Positions 19,630 to 29,767 of a stretch of 64,000 bases of DNA are shown piece by piece (position 1 is the stretch's first letter; each line of letters opens with the position of its first letter). A program made the translations under genes and the position numbers. Origin of the DNA: Candidatus Latescibacterota bacterium (GTDB lineage: Bacteria; Latescibacterota; UBA2968; GCA-2709665); NCBI GenBank assembly GCA_963662665.2, contig CAXXJS010000019.1:1-64000 (forward strand), read 5' to 3'. The notes under the pieces were generated by a model. That model ran no database searches. It saw only the letters and a program-made list of their open reading frames with translations, and was not told the origin of the DNA.

Positions 19630-20790
19630 TCAGCGTTCACACGCGTCTGAAGCGGCGCGGTAGACCTCGAGAATAGGGACGTTCCTCTCTCTCGCGATAC
19701 GTGCGCAGTCTTCGTATTCCGGCGCAACACGCGTCCTGTCGTCAAAGCTGGCAATTTTAACGCTTACGGGACCGAATGCGGTCTCAACGACTTCCGCCCG
19801 CCGGGAGACGGTCTGTCGCTCGACGCGGCGGAGCCGGACGCCGAGCGTCGTGGTTTCCCGGAAAATCAGGTCCGTGGCGGACTGAGCAAGGTCCGGATCG
19901 GCGAGAACGCTGAGCATCACTCCCGGCCGTCCCTTTTTCATAATGAGAGGCGTGAGATATGCGTCTCTGGCGCCATTATCCATCAGGCGGTCGACCAGGT
20001 AGCCGTAGATTTCAGGCGACATATCATCAATGTTGGTTTCTATAAGGGTGAGTACGTCCGTCTGCGGGAAGGACTCGGACTCTCCGATTTCCAGACGGAG
20101 CAGGTTCGGTACCTGATCCAGGTCCCGGCTGCCTGCCCCGTAACCGATCCGGCGCGTTCGAAAGCGTGGACTGGCGCCGATCTGCTCCGCCAGCGTGGTA
20201 AGAATTGCGGCGCCGGTAGGTGTAACCAGTTCGAACGGTATGTCGGTGCGTTCGGCCGGAACATCCCTGCAAAGGGCGAGTACAGCGGGAACCGGAACGG
20301 GGAGAACGCCGTGTGAACTCCGTGTTGTCCCACGGCCAAACCGAAGGGGTGAGGCGTAGATGCTTTCGACGCCAAGTTGCTCCAGGCCGATAACCGCGCC
20401 GGCGATATCCGCGATGGCGTCTGCCGCACCTACTTCGTGAAAGTGGACCCGGTCGACTGAAACGCCATGTACTTCGGCTTCGGCTTCGGCCAGGCGCCGG
20501 AAAATGGCGCAGGTCTGTCGTTTGGTTCTGTTCGAGACGTCTGCGGCCTCGATGATTCCCAACACGTCCTCCAGGTGTCGGTGTACCTGCCCTTCACCGG
20601 TAACGACGTCGACTTTCGTCGCGGCGATGCCGTGCCTGTGAACCCGTCCGGCCCGAAGCCGCATCCCCTCCAGGTGGAGTTTGTCGAGCTCTCGCTGCAA
20701 CGTCTCGATACACAGGCCCGCATCCACCAGCGCGCCCAGTATCATGTCGCCGCTTACGCCGGCGTGGCAGTCGAAGTACGCAAGTCTCAC
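19630..20790 (-). CDS. larC: Nickel pincer cofactor biosynthesis protein LarC
   Basis: YFDCHAGVSGDMILGAL, HFHEVGAADAI, ELVTPTGAAI, ETNIDD, MKKGRPG, PEYEDC. Confidence 0.93.
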   Translation of the reverse strand: MRLAYFDCHAGVSGDMILGALVDAGLCIETLQRELDKLHLEGMRLRAGRVHRHGIAATKVDVVTGEGQVHRHLEDVLGIIEAADVSNRTKRQTCAIFRRLAEAEAEVHGVSVDRVHFHEVGAADAIADIAGAVIGLEQLGVESIYASPLRFGRGTTRSSHGVLPVPVPAVLALCRDVPAERTDIPFELVTPTGAAILTTLAEQIGASPRFRTRRIGYGAGSRDLDQVPNLLRLEIGESESFPQTDVLTLIETNIDDMSPEIYGYLVDRLMDNGARDAYLTPLIMKKGRPGVMLSVLADPDLAQSATDLIFRETTTLGVRLRRVERQTVSRRAEVVETAFGPVSVKIASFDDRTRVAPEYEDCARIARERNVPILEVYRAASDACER

Positions 20791-20969
20791 GATTTCACCT
20801 TTATCTGGCAGTGCGACCCGTCGGGCACAGGTGAAACCCGACTGAGTCCCGAGACGGGCTATATTTCGATCTTACCCTTGAATATCGATCGAATGGAAAC
20901 GGGGTACAATCGCAGCCGTGGCTGCAGAGAACGAGAGTCTCTTTATCGGGCGCCTCGCTCGTGAGATCG

Positions 20970-22379
20970 TCAAGGCTGCTGGCTGGCTATCCTGCGGCGA
21001 GGCTCGGGTGAGGGGATTTGCGGCGAGGTCTGCAGGTTGGTCACAATGGACGCCGCCGGATCGTCGAACAGCGCCAGCAGGCGGTCGCGCTGTTGTCTGA
21101 AGCCGGCCAGCTGATCCGGAGACAGCTGTCTGGCCCCGGAGCGATTGGCAATTCGGGTCGGGTTTACGAGGCGATATCGCTTGCCGTTTCTGACAAAGAA
21201 GTTGTAATGAAGGTGCGGTCCGGTGGAGCGGCCCGTCGATCCGACAAAACCGATTGTCTGCTTCTGTTTGACGTGCGTACCCTTCTTCAACCCGCGCGAG
21301 AACTTGCTCAGGTGGCCGTAGCCGGTCTTATAGCCGTTTGGATGCCGGATTTCGATGTAGTTGCCGAGAGCGCCCTTCCAGCCCCTGAAGACGACGACGC
21401 CCGGGGCGGTGGCCCAGACCGGTGTGCCGTACCCGGCGGCATAGTCGATGCCGTGGTGAGGGAGGTACTTCTTCAGGATGGGATGGAACCGTCGGTTGGA
21501 ATAACCGGAACTGATTCGCCGGTAATTGAGAGGAGATTTGAGAAACAGGCCGCGCAGTGACTTTCCGTTCGAATCGTAATAAATGACATGGCCGTCCTCG
21601 GTTTCGAACAAAAAGGCCTGATGGTTCTTACTGGCCGACTGATATTCGGCGGAAAGGATATCTCCATACCGAAGGAACCGGGCATCATTGAAGAATTTCT
21701 CAATCGCCAGGGTAAACCGGTCTCCAACACGGCAATCCACCATAAAGTCGATGTCGTATTCGAAAATCCTGGTCATCTTGCCGCTCAGAACGTCGGCGTT
21801 TTCACCGGTTTCCAGCAGGGAGTTCCGTAGGGAATTTCGGATTGTGCCGGTTACAACGGCGACCCGGCGCTCCAGGGGTATCTGCTCCTTGTGCGCGGTC
21901 AGCCTGCCGTCCTTCCGCGTTACGATATAAAGGGTCTCGACGGCTCCTCGTTTGATGAATTCAAAGGACTGAATGGTTCCCAGGCTGTCTATGCCCAGTT
22001 CGAAGCTGTCTCCCCTCTGGACGATTCTGGGATTGAATTCCGCCGTGGGGATCCCTTTTTTCAACGCGTTCAGCAATTCAAAGATCTGGGACCGCGGGAC
22101 GTCCTTCCGAATCAATGCGTCCCAGAATGATTCTCTATGTCGGATGTGTCCGGCGATTTCCGAGAATTGCGGTTCGGGAATGGCCGCAATAGTGGCAGCA
22201 ACCTGGTTGACTTCCTCGGCATCTCCGGATTCCTGCACTGTTTGGGGACCGGGCGGTCGAGCGGCCGCCATCCAGATCAGTGCAGCGGCGGACAGGACAA
22301 AAAGAGCAAACTCTGCCGGCCTGAACCGGCGACCGGATCGTGGAGGCTGGTTCGTGCGATCACGATTACGAATAAGCAT
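20970..22379 (-). CDS. M23 peptidoglycan DD-endopeptidase (MepM-like)
   Basis: HHGIDYAA, YGHLS, STGRSTGPHLHY; N-terminal TM; start uncertain. Confidence 0.88.
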   Translation of the reverse strand: MLIRNRDRTNQPPRSGRRFRPAEFALFVLSAAALIWMAAARPPGPQTVQESGDAEEVNQVAATIAAIPEPQFSEIAGHIRHRESFWDALIRKDVPRSQIFELLNALKKGIPTAEFNPRIVQRGDSFELGIDSLGTIQSFEFIKRGAVETLYIVTRKDGRLTAHKEQIPLERRVAVVTGTIRNSLRNSLLETGENADVLSGKMTRIFEYDIDFMVDCRVGDRFTLAIEKFFNDARFLRYGDILSAEYQSASKNHQAFLFETEDGHVIYYDSNGKSLRGLFLKSPLNYRRISSGYSNRRFHPILKKYLPHHGIDYAAGYGTPVWATAPGVVVFRGWKGALGNYIEIRHPNGYKTGYGHLSKFSRGLKKGTHVKQKQTIGFVGSTGRSTGPHLHYNFFVRNGKRYRLVNPTRIANRSGARQLSPDQLAGFRQQRDRLLALFDDPAASIVTNLQTSPQIPSPEPRRRIASQQP

Positions 22380-22490
22380 ATTGAGATTTGCCTGGAATGC
22401 CGATAAGGGTACGGAGATTTTGAGTCGACCCGGCGGCAACAAGCGGAAGTACCAATGTAACCCATTGTTCTGAGGAAAGAACGACTTTTC

Positions 22491-22562
22491 AAGATAGGTC
22501 AAAATGAATTTTGTGTCAACCCCGAATTTTTACTTGCGTACGGTTCGCCGCACCGTTAATCT
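22491..22562. promoter_or_regulatory. Divergent sigma70-type promoters (M23 gene / rlmN)
   Basis: Minus: TTGACA-17-TATCTT (22519-22491); plus: TTGCGT-17-TAATCT (22534-22562). Confidence 0.5.
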
Positions 22563-22593
22563 CATGTCAACCGCGAAAACAGGGAGATGCGAT

Positions 22594-23676
22594 ATGGCGG
22601 GCGTTTCTGAAACAAGCGACCGGGTTTGTCTGAAGGGATTCTATCCCGAGGAACTTGAGGCATTTGTGGCTACCCTCGGTCTGGAGCCCTATCGCGCCAG
22701 GCAGATCGCGTTGTGGATCTACAATCGGGGCGCCACCGACTTCGCTGAGATGACCGACCTCACCAAGGCGGTTCGCGCAACGCTTAGTGAACGTGCGTCG
22801 ATTTTGAGTCTGAAGGCCGCGGCAAGGGTGGGCGCGGATGCCGGTGATACGGTGAAGTATCTGTTCGAACTGCCGGACGGCAAGCGCGTGGAAAGCGTCC
22901 TGATGCGCGACGGCAGGCGCCGTACGCTGTGCGTTTCGTCGCAGGTGGGATGTCCGCTGGATTGCACGTTCTGTGCAACCGGGCGGATGGGGCTGCTCCG
23001 TAACCTGTCCGCGGGTGAAATTCTGGATCAACTGGTTTACGTCCGGCGTGAACTGAGAGCACGCGATGACGATCTGACAAATGTGGTGATGATGGGGATG
23101 GGGGAGCCGCTGTTGAATTACGGGAATGTCATTCGTGCGATCCGACTGATGAATCTGGATTACGGGCTGGCAATAGGAATCCGCAGGATTACCCTTTCGA
23201 CAGTCGGATACGTGCCGGGAATATTGAGGTTGGCCGGCGAGGGATTGAAGCTGGGCCTGGCGGTTTCCCTGAATGCGACAAACGATGCGCAACGTTCGCG
23301 AATTATGTCGATCAACCGGCGCTGGCCGATCGCCGATCTACTTGCCGCAGTCAGGGCGTATAGGCGGCGGATAGACCGGAGGGTGACGTTCGAGTACGTG
23401 CTGCTGCACGGGTTTAACGATTCGAGCGATGACGCCGGACGTTTGGTAGCGCTTGTCCGGGGCATACCGTGCAAAATCAACGTAATACCATGGAATCCAA
23501 TCGATGGCGCACCCTTTGAACGGCCACCCCAGGACGCCGTAAACCGGTTTGTGGAGATCCTGAGGAACGCGCACCTGACAACAACCGTGCGGTACAGCAG
23601 GGGCGTGGATATTGCGGCAGGATGCGGGCAGCTCTATATCCATCCCGATGTGGTTCTGACGGCGCCCGAAGTCTGA
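22594..23676 (+). CDS. rlmN: Dual-specificity RNA methyltransferase RlmN
   Basis: CVSSQVGCPLDCTFCATG, MGMGEPL, IAAGCGQL; start uncertain. Confidence 0.95.
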   Translation: MAGVSETSDRVCLKGFYPEELEAFVATLGLEPYRARQIALWIYNRGATDFAEMTDLTKAVRATLSERASILSLKAAARVGADAGDTVKYLFELPDGKRVESVLMRDGRRRTLCVSSQVGCPLDCTFCATGRMGLLRNLSAGEILDQLVYVRRELRARDDDLTNVVMMGMGEPLLNYGNVIRAIRLMNLDYGLAIGIRRITLSTVGYVPGILRLAGEGLKLGLAVSLNATNDAQRSRIMSINRRWPIADLLAAVRAYRRRIDRRVTFEYVLLHGFNDSSDDAGRLVALVRGIPCKINVIPWNPIDGAPFERPPQDAVNRFVEILRNAHLTTTVRYSRGVDIAAGCGQLYIHPDVVLTAPEV

Positions 23677-23742
23677 ATGGCCGGGCACGCGGAGGTCGGG
23701 GTCCTGTCGCAGACGACCCGGTCGGCTGCGGCGAAAATTCCC

Positions 23743-23771
23743 TTGATTTTTCTCTAAAGATATGTTATAAT
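23743..23771 (+). promoter_or_regulatory. sigma70-type promoter for murA
   Basis: TTGATT-17 bp-TATAAT with extended -10 TG. Confidence 0.7.
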
Positions 23772-23838
23772 GTAACTTATATAGATGTATACACGTTATC
23801 CGTTCTCCTGATCGAGCGTCATCGGAGCGCGCGTTTTT

Positions 23839-25131
23839 ATGGAACAATTCGTAATTGAAGGCGGGTTTCCACTCTCCGGAACAATCACGCCTTTCGGAAA
23901 CAAGAATGCCGCGCTCACACTCCTTGCGGCAACGCTCTTGACGGACGAGACGGTGGTCTTGAAGAACGCCCCGCCCATCGGAGACGTACTTACCCTCATC
24001 AAACTCCTGCAGGACCTGGGTGTCTCGGTTCAACACACGAGCAGGGCCGAACTGACCGCGTCCGCCGCTTCCCTTAGCAAGACCGCGCTAAATCCGGAGT
24101 TGTGCGGAAAGGCCCGGGGGAGCATTCTGCTTGCGGGGCCCCTCCTGGCGCGACACGGCCGTGCGACAACGCCCAGGCCCGGGGGAGACAAGATCGGCCG
24201 GCGGCGCCTGGATACCCATCTACGGGCTCTGGAGGCCCTCGGCGCCCGTATCCACACCAATCATGTATACGAAATGCGGGCGCCGGACGGATTGAGGGGC
24301 GCAGACATTTTTCTGGATGAGCGGAGCGTGACCGGCACGGAGAACGTGATCATGGCTTCCACGTTGGCGGAAGGCACAACCGTCATCCGGAACGCGGCCT
24401 GTGAACCACACGTGCAGGAGTTGTGCCATCTGCTCAACGCCATGGGCGCCCGGATTTCAGGCGTGGGCACGAATGAGCTCACCATTGAAGGTGTAACGAC
24501 GCTAGGTGGCGGCGAACACACCATCGGCCCGGATTACATGGAAGTGGGGAGCTTCATCGGCCTCGCGGCGGTAACCAACGGGGAGGTGCGGATCAGAGAC
24601 GCCGCGCCGCATCATATGCGGCGTAGTCTGATGGTTTTCGAGCGGCTGGGCGTGGATGTGGTAGTTGACGGCGAGGACATTCTGGTTCCCGACAATCAAA
24701 GGCTGGAAATCGTCCGGGACGTTGGAGACGCGATCCCGAAGATTTTCGACGATCCCTGGCCCGGTTTTCCCGCAGACCTGATGAGCATCGCGATTGTGGT
24801 GGCCACGCAGGCCCGGGGAACCGTCCTGTTTTTCGAAAAAATGTATGAGAGCCGGCTGTTCTGGCTGGATCGGTTAATTGAGATGGGAGCCGAGATTATC
24901 CTGTGCGACCCTCACCGGGCGGTTATCGTGGGGCCGTCGAAGCTATACGGTGAGCGGATAACGAGTCCCGATATCAGGGCCGGAATGGCGTTGCTGATTG
25001 CCAGCCTGTGCGCCGAAGGCCAGAGCGTTATCCGGAACATCGAGCAGATAGATCGCGGGTACGATTCCATCGACGAGCGTCTTCGCGCGCTGGGCGCCCG
25101 GATCGAACGGGTTCCCGTTCCCCTGGAATAA
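23839..25131 (+). CDS. murA: UDP-N-acetylglucosamine 1-carboxyvinyltransferase
   Basis: [47 protein letters not shown]. Confidence 0.95.
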   Translation: MEQFVIEGGFPLSGTITPFGNKNAALTLLAATLLTDETVVLKNAPPIGDVLTLIKLLQDLGVSVQHTSRAELTASAASLSKTALNPELCGKARGSILLAGPLLARHGRATTPRPGGDKIGRRRLDTHLRALEALGARIHTNHVYEMRAPDGLRGADIFLDERSVTGTENVIMASTLAEGTTVIRNAACEPHVQELCHLLNAMGARISGVGTNELTIEGVTTLGGGEHTIGPDYMEVGSFIGLAAVTNGEVRIRDAAPHHMRRSLMVFERLGVDVVVDGEDILVPDNQRLEIVRDVGDAIPKIFDDPWPGFPADLMSIAIVVATQARGTVLFFEKMYESRLFWLDRLIEMGAEIILCDPHRAVIVGPSKLYGERITSPDIRAGMALLIASLCAEGQSVIRNIEQIDRGYDSIDERLRALGARIERVPVPLE

Positions 25132-25136
25132 ACGCA

Positions 25137-26504
25137 ATGGCATCTGCTCGCGATACGGCAATCGAAGTGGTTCGACGCCTCCACGCGCGGGGATTCCGGG
25201 CGTTGCTGGCCGGCGGGTGCGTCAGGGATATCCTGCTGGGGCTCGAACCCCGGGACTACGACGTCGCGACCGATGCCGATCCCCAGCAGGTGATCGGCAT
25301 TTTTCAGCGCGCCCGGCCCGTTGGAGCGCACTTCGGTGTGGTTGAGGTGCGGCTGGGGGGACACGCCTTCGAGGTGGCACGTTTCCGGCGCGACCTGGGC
25401 TACAGTGACGGGCGTCATCCCGATGCGGTCGAATTTGCGGACGAAACCGAGGATGCCCGGCGTCGTGATTTTACCGTGAACGGAATGTTCTGGGACCCCC
25501 TTTCGGACCGGGTGCTGGATTACGTGGGCGGACAGGCGGATTTGAAGGATAAAGTGATCCGGACTATTGGCGCGCCCGAGGACCGGTTCACGGAAGACCG
25601 CCTGCGAATGATGAGGGCGTTGCGGTTCGGCTGCCGCTTCCAATGGCGGATCGACGGCGACACGTTTGCGGCGATTGGGCGTCTGAGTGAAAATCTCGAG
25701 GAGGTCAGCAAAGAACGCGTCCGGGACGAATTTGTGAACATCCTGACCGAGGGTGGCGCGCCTCTGGGGGTGCGGTGGCTGATTGATTCCGGGTTGATGA
25801 ACGAGGTCGTACCAGAGGTGCTGGCGCTCGATTGCGTCGCCCAGCCGCCTGAGTTTCATCCCGAAGGCGACGTGCTGACCCACACGTTGATTATGCTGGG
25901 ACTGATGCGCAGGCCGTCCCCGGAATTGGCCATGGCGGTGCTTCTGCACGACGTGGGCAAGCCGAGTACGTTTAAATCAGCGGACCGTATTCGATTTGAC
26001 AACCACGTCCGCGTGGGCGCCGAGATGACACAAGAGATATGTCACAGGTTGCGGTTTTCAGGGGAGGCGAGCCGTCACATCGTTCGACTGGTGGCGGACC
26101 ATCACCGCTTTATGCACGTTCGGCAGATGCGGAGGAGCAAATTGAAGCGCTTTCTGCGCGTGGAACGATTCGACGAACACCTGGAACTGCATCGGGTCGA
26201 CTGTTTGTCAAGCCACGGGAATCTGGACAATTACCGGTTCTGCCGGGAAGCCCTGGAAACATTGGAGCCCGAGGAGATTCGTCCGGAGCCGTTGATTACC
26301 GGCCGGGACCTTATCGCACTCGGGTACCCGCCCGGGCCGGCTTTCAAGACCGCGCTGAGGGCGGTGGAAGACGGCCAGCTGGAAGGCCGCGTGAGAGACA
26401 GGGAAGGTGCGTTGCTGTTCGCCCGGAATCTGTTTGAACGTGGCGCGACCTCCGAGTGCGCCAGGCCCGCCGAAAACGGATCCGCTGCACAACAGACGGG
26501 ATAG
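25137..26504 (+). CDS. cca: CCA tRNA nucleotidyltransferase (HD domain)
   Basis: AGGCVRDILLG, DYDVAT, RRDFTVN, EDRLRMMRALRF, HPEGDV, LLHDVGK. Confidence 0.88.
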   Translation: MASARDTAIEVVRRLHARGFRALLAGGCVRDILLGLEPRDYDVATDADPQQVIGIFQRARPVGAHFGVVEVRLGGHAFEVARFRRDLGYSDGRHPDAVEFADETEDARRRDFTVNGMFWDPLSDRVLDYVGGQADLKDKVIRTIGAPEDRFTEDRLRMMRALRFGCRFQWRIDGDTFAAIGRLSENLEEVSKERVRDEFVNILTEGGAPLGVRWLIDSGLMNEVVPEVLALDCVAQPPEFHPEGDVLTHTLIMLGLMRRPSPELAMAVLLHDVGKPSTFKSADRIRFDNHVRVGAEMTQEICHRLRFSGEASRHIVRLVADHHRFMHVRQMRRSKLKRFLRVERFDEHLELHRVDCLSSHGNLDNYRFCREALETLEPEEIRPEPLITGRDLIALGYPPGPAFKTALRAVEDGQLEGRVRDREGALLFARNLFERGATSECARPAENGSAAQQTG

Positions 26505-26665
26505 CGGCCCCTGGAGGCAAAAAACCGAAGGGTGTGGCCTCCTGGCTGGCACACGATTTGTCGCGTCGGCCGGCACGTTGGGAACCATTGCCGGGCAGGG
26601 GCGTTTCCAGATTGAGAGGCCCGATGCAATTACCCGTTTCGCACCCACTTCTATACAGGTGTCCG

Positions 26666-27241
26666 ATGCCAGGTCTGATCCGATCCGTTTTGACCATTGC
26701 AATTGTGTCCGTCTGGTCTGCGCAGCTTCAGGCGACAACTGTGGTGCGGTTCGCATTCGACTCGCTGTGTGAAAAAGCGGAGACGATCGCCCACGTTCAG
26801 TGTGTTTCTCGCAACAGCTTTATGGATGACGGCCGTGGAGAAATTGTAACCCGGCACCGTTTCAGGGTAATCACACCCGTCAAGGGCAGTCCGGGCGGCG
26901 AGATCGTCCTCACGCTTCCGGGTGGCACCGTCGACGGCCGTCGGCTTTACATACCGGGCATTCCCGAGTTCGAATTAGATGAAGAGGTCGTTCTATTTCT
27001 TACTTCCCCTGACAGGCATGGATCGGCATGGCCCCTGGGACTCGGACAGGGCTGCTATCGCGTACCCGAAACACACGAGGGCCCCGCACAGGTCAGGATG
27101 CAGCCAGGTACCACGCCTCTGCCCGCGGGGGCACTGTTCAAGCCTGCGCTCAACAGACCCTCCCGACCCTTCAATGTGCCGCTCCAGCGGTTCCTCCATC
27201 AGATTCTGCTGACGATTCCGGAATCATCCGACGAACGGTGA
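26666..27241 (+). CDS. Hypothetical exported protein
   Basis: Signal-peptide-like N-terminus, LPGGTVDG...IPGIPEF...EEVVLFL...GLGQG. Confidence 0.65.
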   Translation: MPGLIRSVLTIAIVSVWSAQLQATTVVRFAFDSLCEKAETIAHVQCVSRNSFMDDGRGEIVTRHRFRVITPVKGSPGGEIVLTLPGGTVDGRRLYIPGIPEFELDEEVVLFLTSPDRHGSAWPLGLGQGCYRVPETHEGPAQVRMQPGTTPLPAGALFKPALNRPSRPFNVPLQRFLHQILLTIPESSDER

Positions 27242-27558
27242 ACTGCCGAAGACGGTCCATCGTCGTTTCAAGGATTGCCGAAACCCGTACCGGAGAGCGA
27301 CATCCGAATTCGCTGGAAGTTTTTTGAGATAGACGATTATCACGGGATCCAGGGAGAGAATCCTCGTCTTCCACTTCGGATCCTTTTTTATTTCTCTTGA
27401 CTTTGATCCGGCATTTTTGCATCATATTTGCGTCGTTTATGTGCACGATGTTGCGCGTGTAAGATTATGAATTTAAGTGACTTTGGTACTTTTGGCATGC
27501 TTCGAGGGCGGCGTAATGCCCTTTTTTTATTGGATTCGAACCGCAAGGAGGGGTCGTC

Positions 27559-28752
27559 ATGTTCAAGTTGCATTTTGACATTCGGGATATCTTTCGGGTG
27601 GTTCGGCTCGGATGGTCCGGCAAGAAGATCTGGGTGGGCTTGTGCGGCACCCTGATCGCCTATGCCGGATATTCCATCCTGGCCATCGCCGACCACCTTC
27701 TGGCCGGGGCCACGATGGGAGAGCTCTGGCAACGGTACGGACTTTTCCCGGCGCCTGCTCCGTTTCCTGCCACACTGTCGGGTGCGGCCATCGACGTGGT
27801 TGCGATGCTTTACGCCTGGGTTGTGGTTTTTTTAACGGTGTGCATGATCTGCAAGATCACCTACCAGCAACTGAAGGGTGACGATTTTTATTCGTCGGGC
27901 GACGCATTCGCTTTCATCAGACAGAACTGGAGCGGCGTCGTATGGGGGCCGGTAGCCACGCTGGCGCTGTTGATATTCTTTATAATAGCCGGCATTGTTC
28001 TCGGATGGCTGGCAGGGATGATTCCCTGGGCGGGAGAATTGGCATTCGGGATTTTCTTCATTCCGATCTTCTTTGCCGCGCTGGTTGCTGTCTTTATATC
28101 CATCGCGTTTGTCGTGTCCGTTACCATGTCACCGGCGGTCGTGGGAACAGTGGGCGAGGACGCGCTCGAGGTGGCCATCCAGTCCTTTTCATTGGCCTGG
28201 AGCCAACCCTGGCGGCTGGTATTGTACATGCTTTGGATGAAGATTTCCGTCTTTGCAGGTTCTGTTTTGCTGGGATTTTTTATGGCGTCCGCCATGGGGT
28301 TGGTCACCTGGGCCTGCGGCCTGTTCATGAAGGAAAAGCTTGCCAATCTGGTCTACGTGGCGGGCCAATACGTTCCGTTTGATTTCACCCGGTTTGATTG
28401 GTTGTTCACGGACATTACGGTTTTTCTGCCGCCGGCAGGCACCCCTTCCGCTTCCGAACTGCTGGCTGGCGGAATTCTTGGCGTAATGTTGATTCTACTC
28501 ACTGTAGTCTTCAGTTCTTACGTGTTGTCCGCCTATGCTTCGGGAATCAGCCTGATTTACGTAATTCTTCGGAAACGCAAGGACGACGAGAATTTGCTCG
28601 AGTGGGACGATGACGAGGCGGAAGAAGATGAGGAACACCCAGCAGAAGCGGAGGCGCCGGGGAACGGAGGAGAGGAGACCGGCGAGGGCGCGTCCGTGGA
28701 ATCGGAGAACGGAGACGGTGAGTCGTCGGACACGCAAGCCAAACAGGAATGA
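27559..28752 (+). CDS. Hypothetical multi-pass membrane protein with acidic C-terminal tail
   Basis: AAGGAGG RBS, about 7 hydrophobic segments, YVILRKRKDDENLL followed by a D/E-rich tail. Confidence 0.8.
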   Translation: MFKLHFDIRDIFRVVRLGWSGKKIWVGLCGTLIAYAGYSILAIADHLLAGATMGELWQRYGLFPAPAPFPATLSGAAIDVVAMLYAWVVVFLTVCMICKITYQQLKGDDFYSSGDAFAFIRQNWSGVVWGPVATLALLIFFIIAGIVLGWLAGMIPWAGELAFGIFFIPIFFAALVAVFISIAFVVSVTMSPAVVGTVGEDALEVAIQSFSLAWSQPWRLVLYMLWMKISVFAGSVLLGFFMASAMGLVTWACGLFMKEKLANLVYVAGQYVPFDFTRFDWLFTDITVFLPPAGTPSASELLAGGILGVMLILLTVVFSSYVLSAYASGISLIYVILRKRKDDENLLEWDDDEAEEDEEHPAEAEAPGNGGEETGEGASVESENGDGESSDTQAKQE

Positions 28753-28783
28753 AAACCGGCATACCGGAAATGTAATTGCCGAT

Positions 28784-29767
28784 GTGGCGGCCGATGCGCG
28801 CCTGGCCGAAGGTCCGGAAGGCGTTCGTCGTATCTTGAGAGCCATTTACCGTGCGGGAACGCTGCCGATTCGCGACCTGTCGCGGCAGACGGGTCTGCCG
28901 GTTCCGGTGGTGGCGGCGGTTCGAGGCGAGTTGGAAACAAGGGGTTGGGTGGAGAGGCGAGGGGGCGCTGTGCTGTCCATCGCCGGTCGGAATGCGGTTG
29001 AAAAACAGTTGGGTCTGGGTTGCCGGCGGCGTTTCGAGAGGCCCGTCTTTCCCATGCTGGACGACGAGATGCGGGCGTTGCGCTCTCGGATGGAGGCATT
29101 TGGTACACAAAGGCCTGCTGTCGACGTTCGGCTGGATCAATCCCATGCCACGGCGGAAACCGCGTTGCGGCGCGCCGTATATCTGTATGAAAACGACGGG
29201 CTTGAAGGCCGCGACATCCTGATTCTCGGTGACGACGACCTGACTTCTCTGGCAATCGGGCTTCTGGCGGACTTCCTGGGGATTTCAGTTCGCAGCGTGG
29301 TGGTGCTCGAATGCGACCCGCGTCTGGTGGTCTATCTGAACGCCGCGTCGCGACAAACGGGACAGGCCGTCGAAGCTCTCGAACACGATTTGAGGTCGGA
29401 ACTGCCCTGCGATCTGTCCGCCGGTTTCGATCTGTTTTTCACCGATCCACCCTATACGCTTGCGGGATTGTCCCTGTTCGTGTCCCGAGGCGCATCCGGG
29501 CTTCGGCCGGAGGTGGGCAAGCAGGGATTTATCTGCTTCGGAAACCGCAGGCCCGAGGAGACTGCAGCGGCCGTGAGTACAATCACGGACACCGGACTGG
29601 CGCCCGTCGAGATCGTTCCGGATTTCAATCGGTACGTTGGCGCGCAGATGCTGGCCGGTGTCAGTCACATGATTCGTACGGTGGCGACGGCACGGCTGAC
29701 CCCCCGTGTCCGTGGTTTCTATGAGGGTACGCTTTACACGGCCGACCGAACACGGAAGACGGGATGA
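28784..29767 (+). CDS. BpsA/DUF43-like (bis-aminopropyl spermidine synthase family) protein
   Basis: LDQSHATAETALRRA, ILGDDDLTSLAI, HDLR, FFTDPPYT; N-terminal HTH-like segment; start (GTG) uncertain. Confidence 0.8.
   Translation: MAADARLAEGPEGVRRILRAIYRAGTLPIRDLSRQTGLPVPVVAAVRGELETRGWVERRGGAVLSIAGRNAVEKQLGLGCRRRFERPVFPMLDDEMRALRSRMEAFGTQRPAVDVRLDQSHATAETALRRAVYLYENDGLEGRDILILGDDDLTSLAIGLLADFLGISVRSVVVLECDPRLVVYLNAASRQTGQAVEALEHDLRSELPCDLSAGFDLFFTDPPYTLAGLSLFVSRGASGLRPEVGKQGFICFGNRRPEETAAAVSTITDTGLAPVEIVPDFNRYVGAQMLAGVSHMIRTVATARLTPRVRGFYEGTLYTADRTRKTG

Noticed and set aside
13612-19630. Intact genomic island at tRNA-Val
   Set aside because: No integrase found and no duplicated tRNA 3' end seen by eye.
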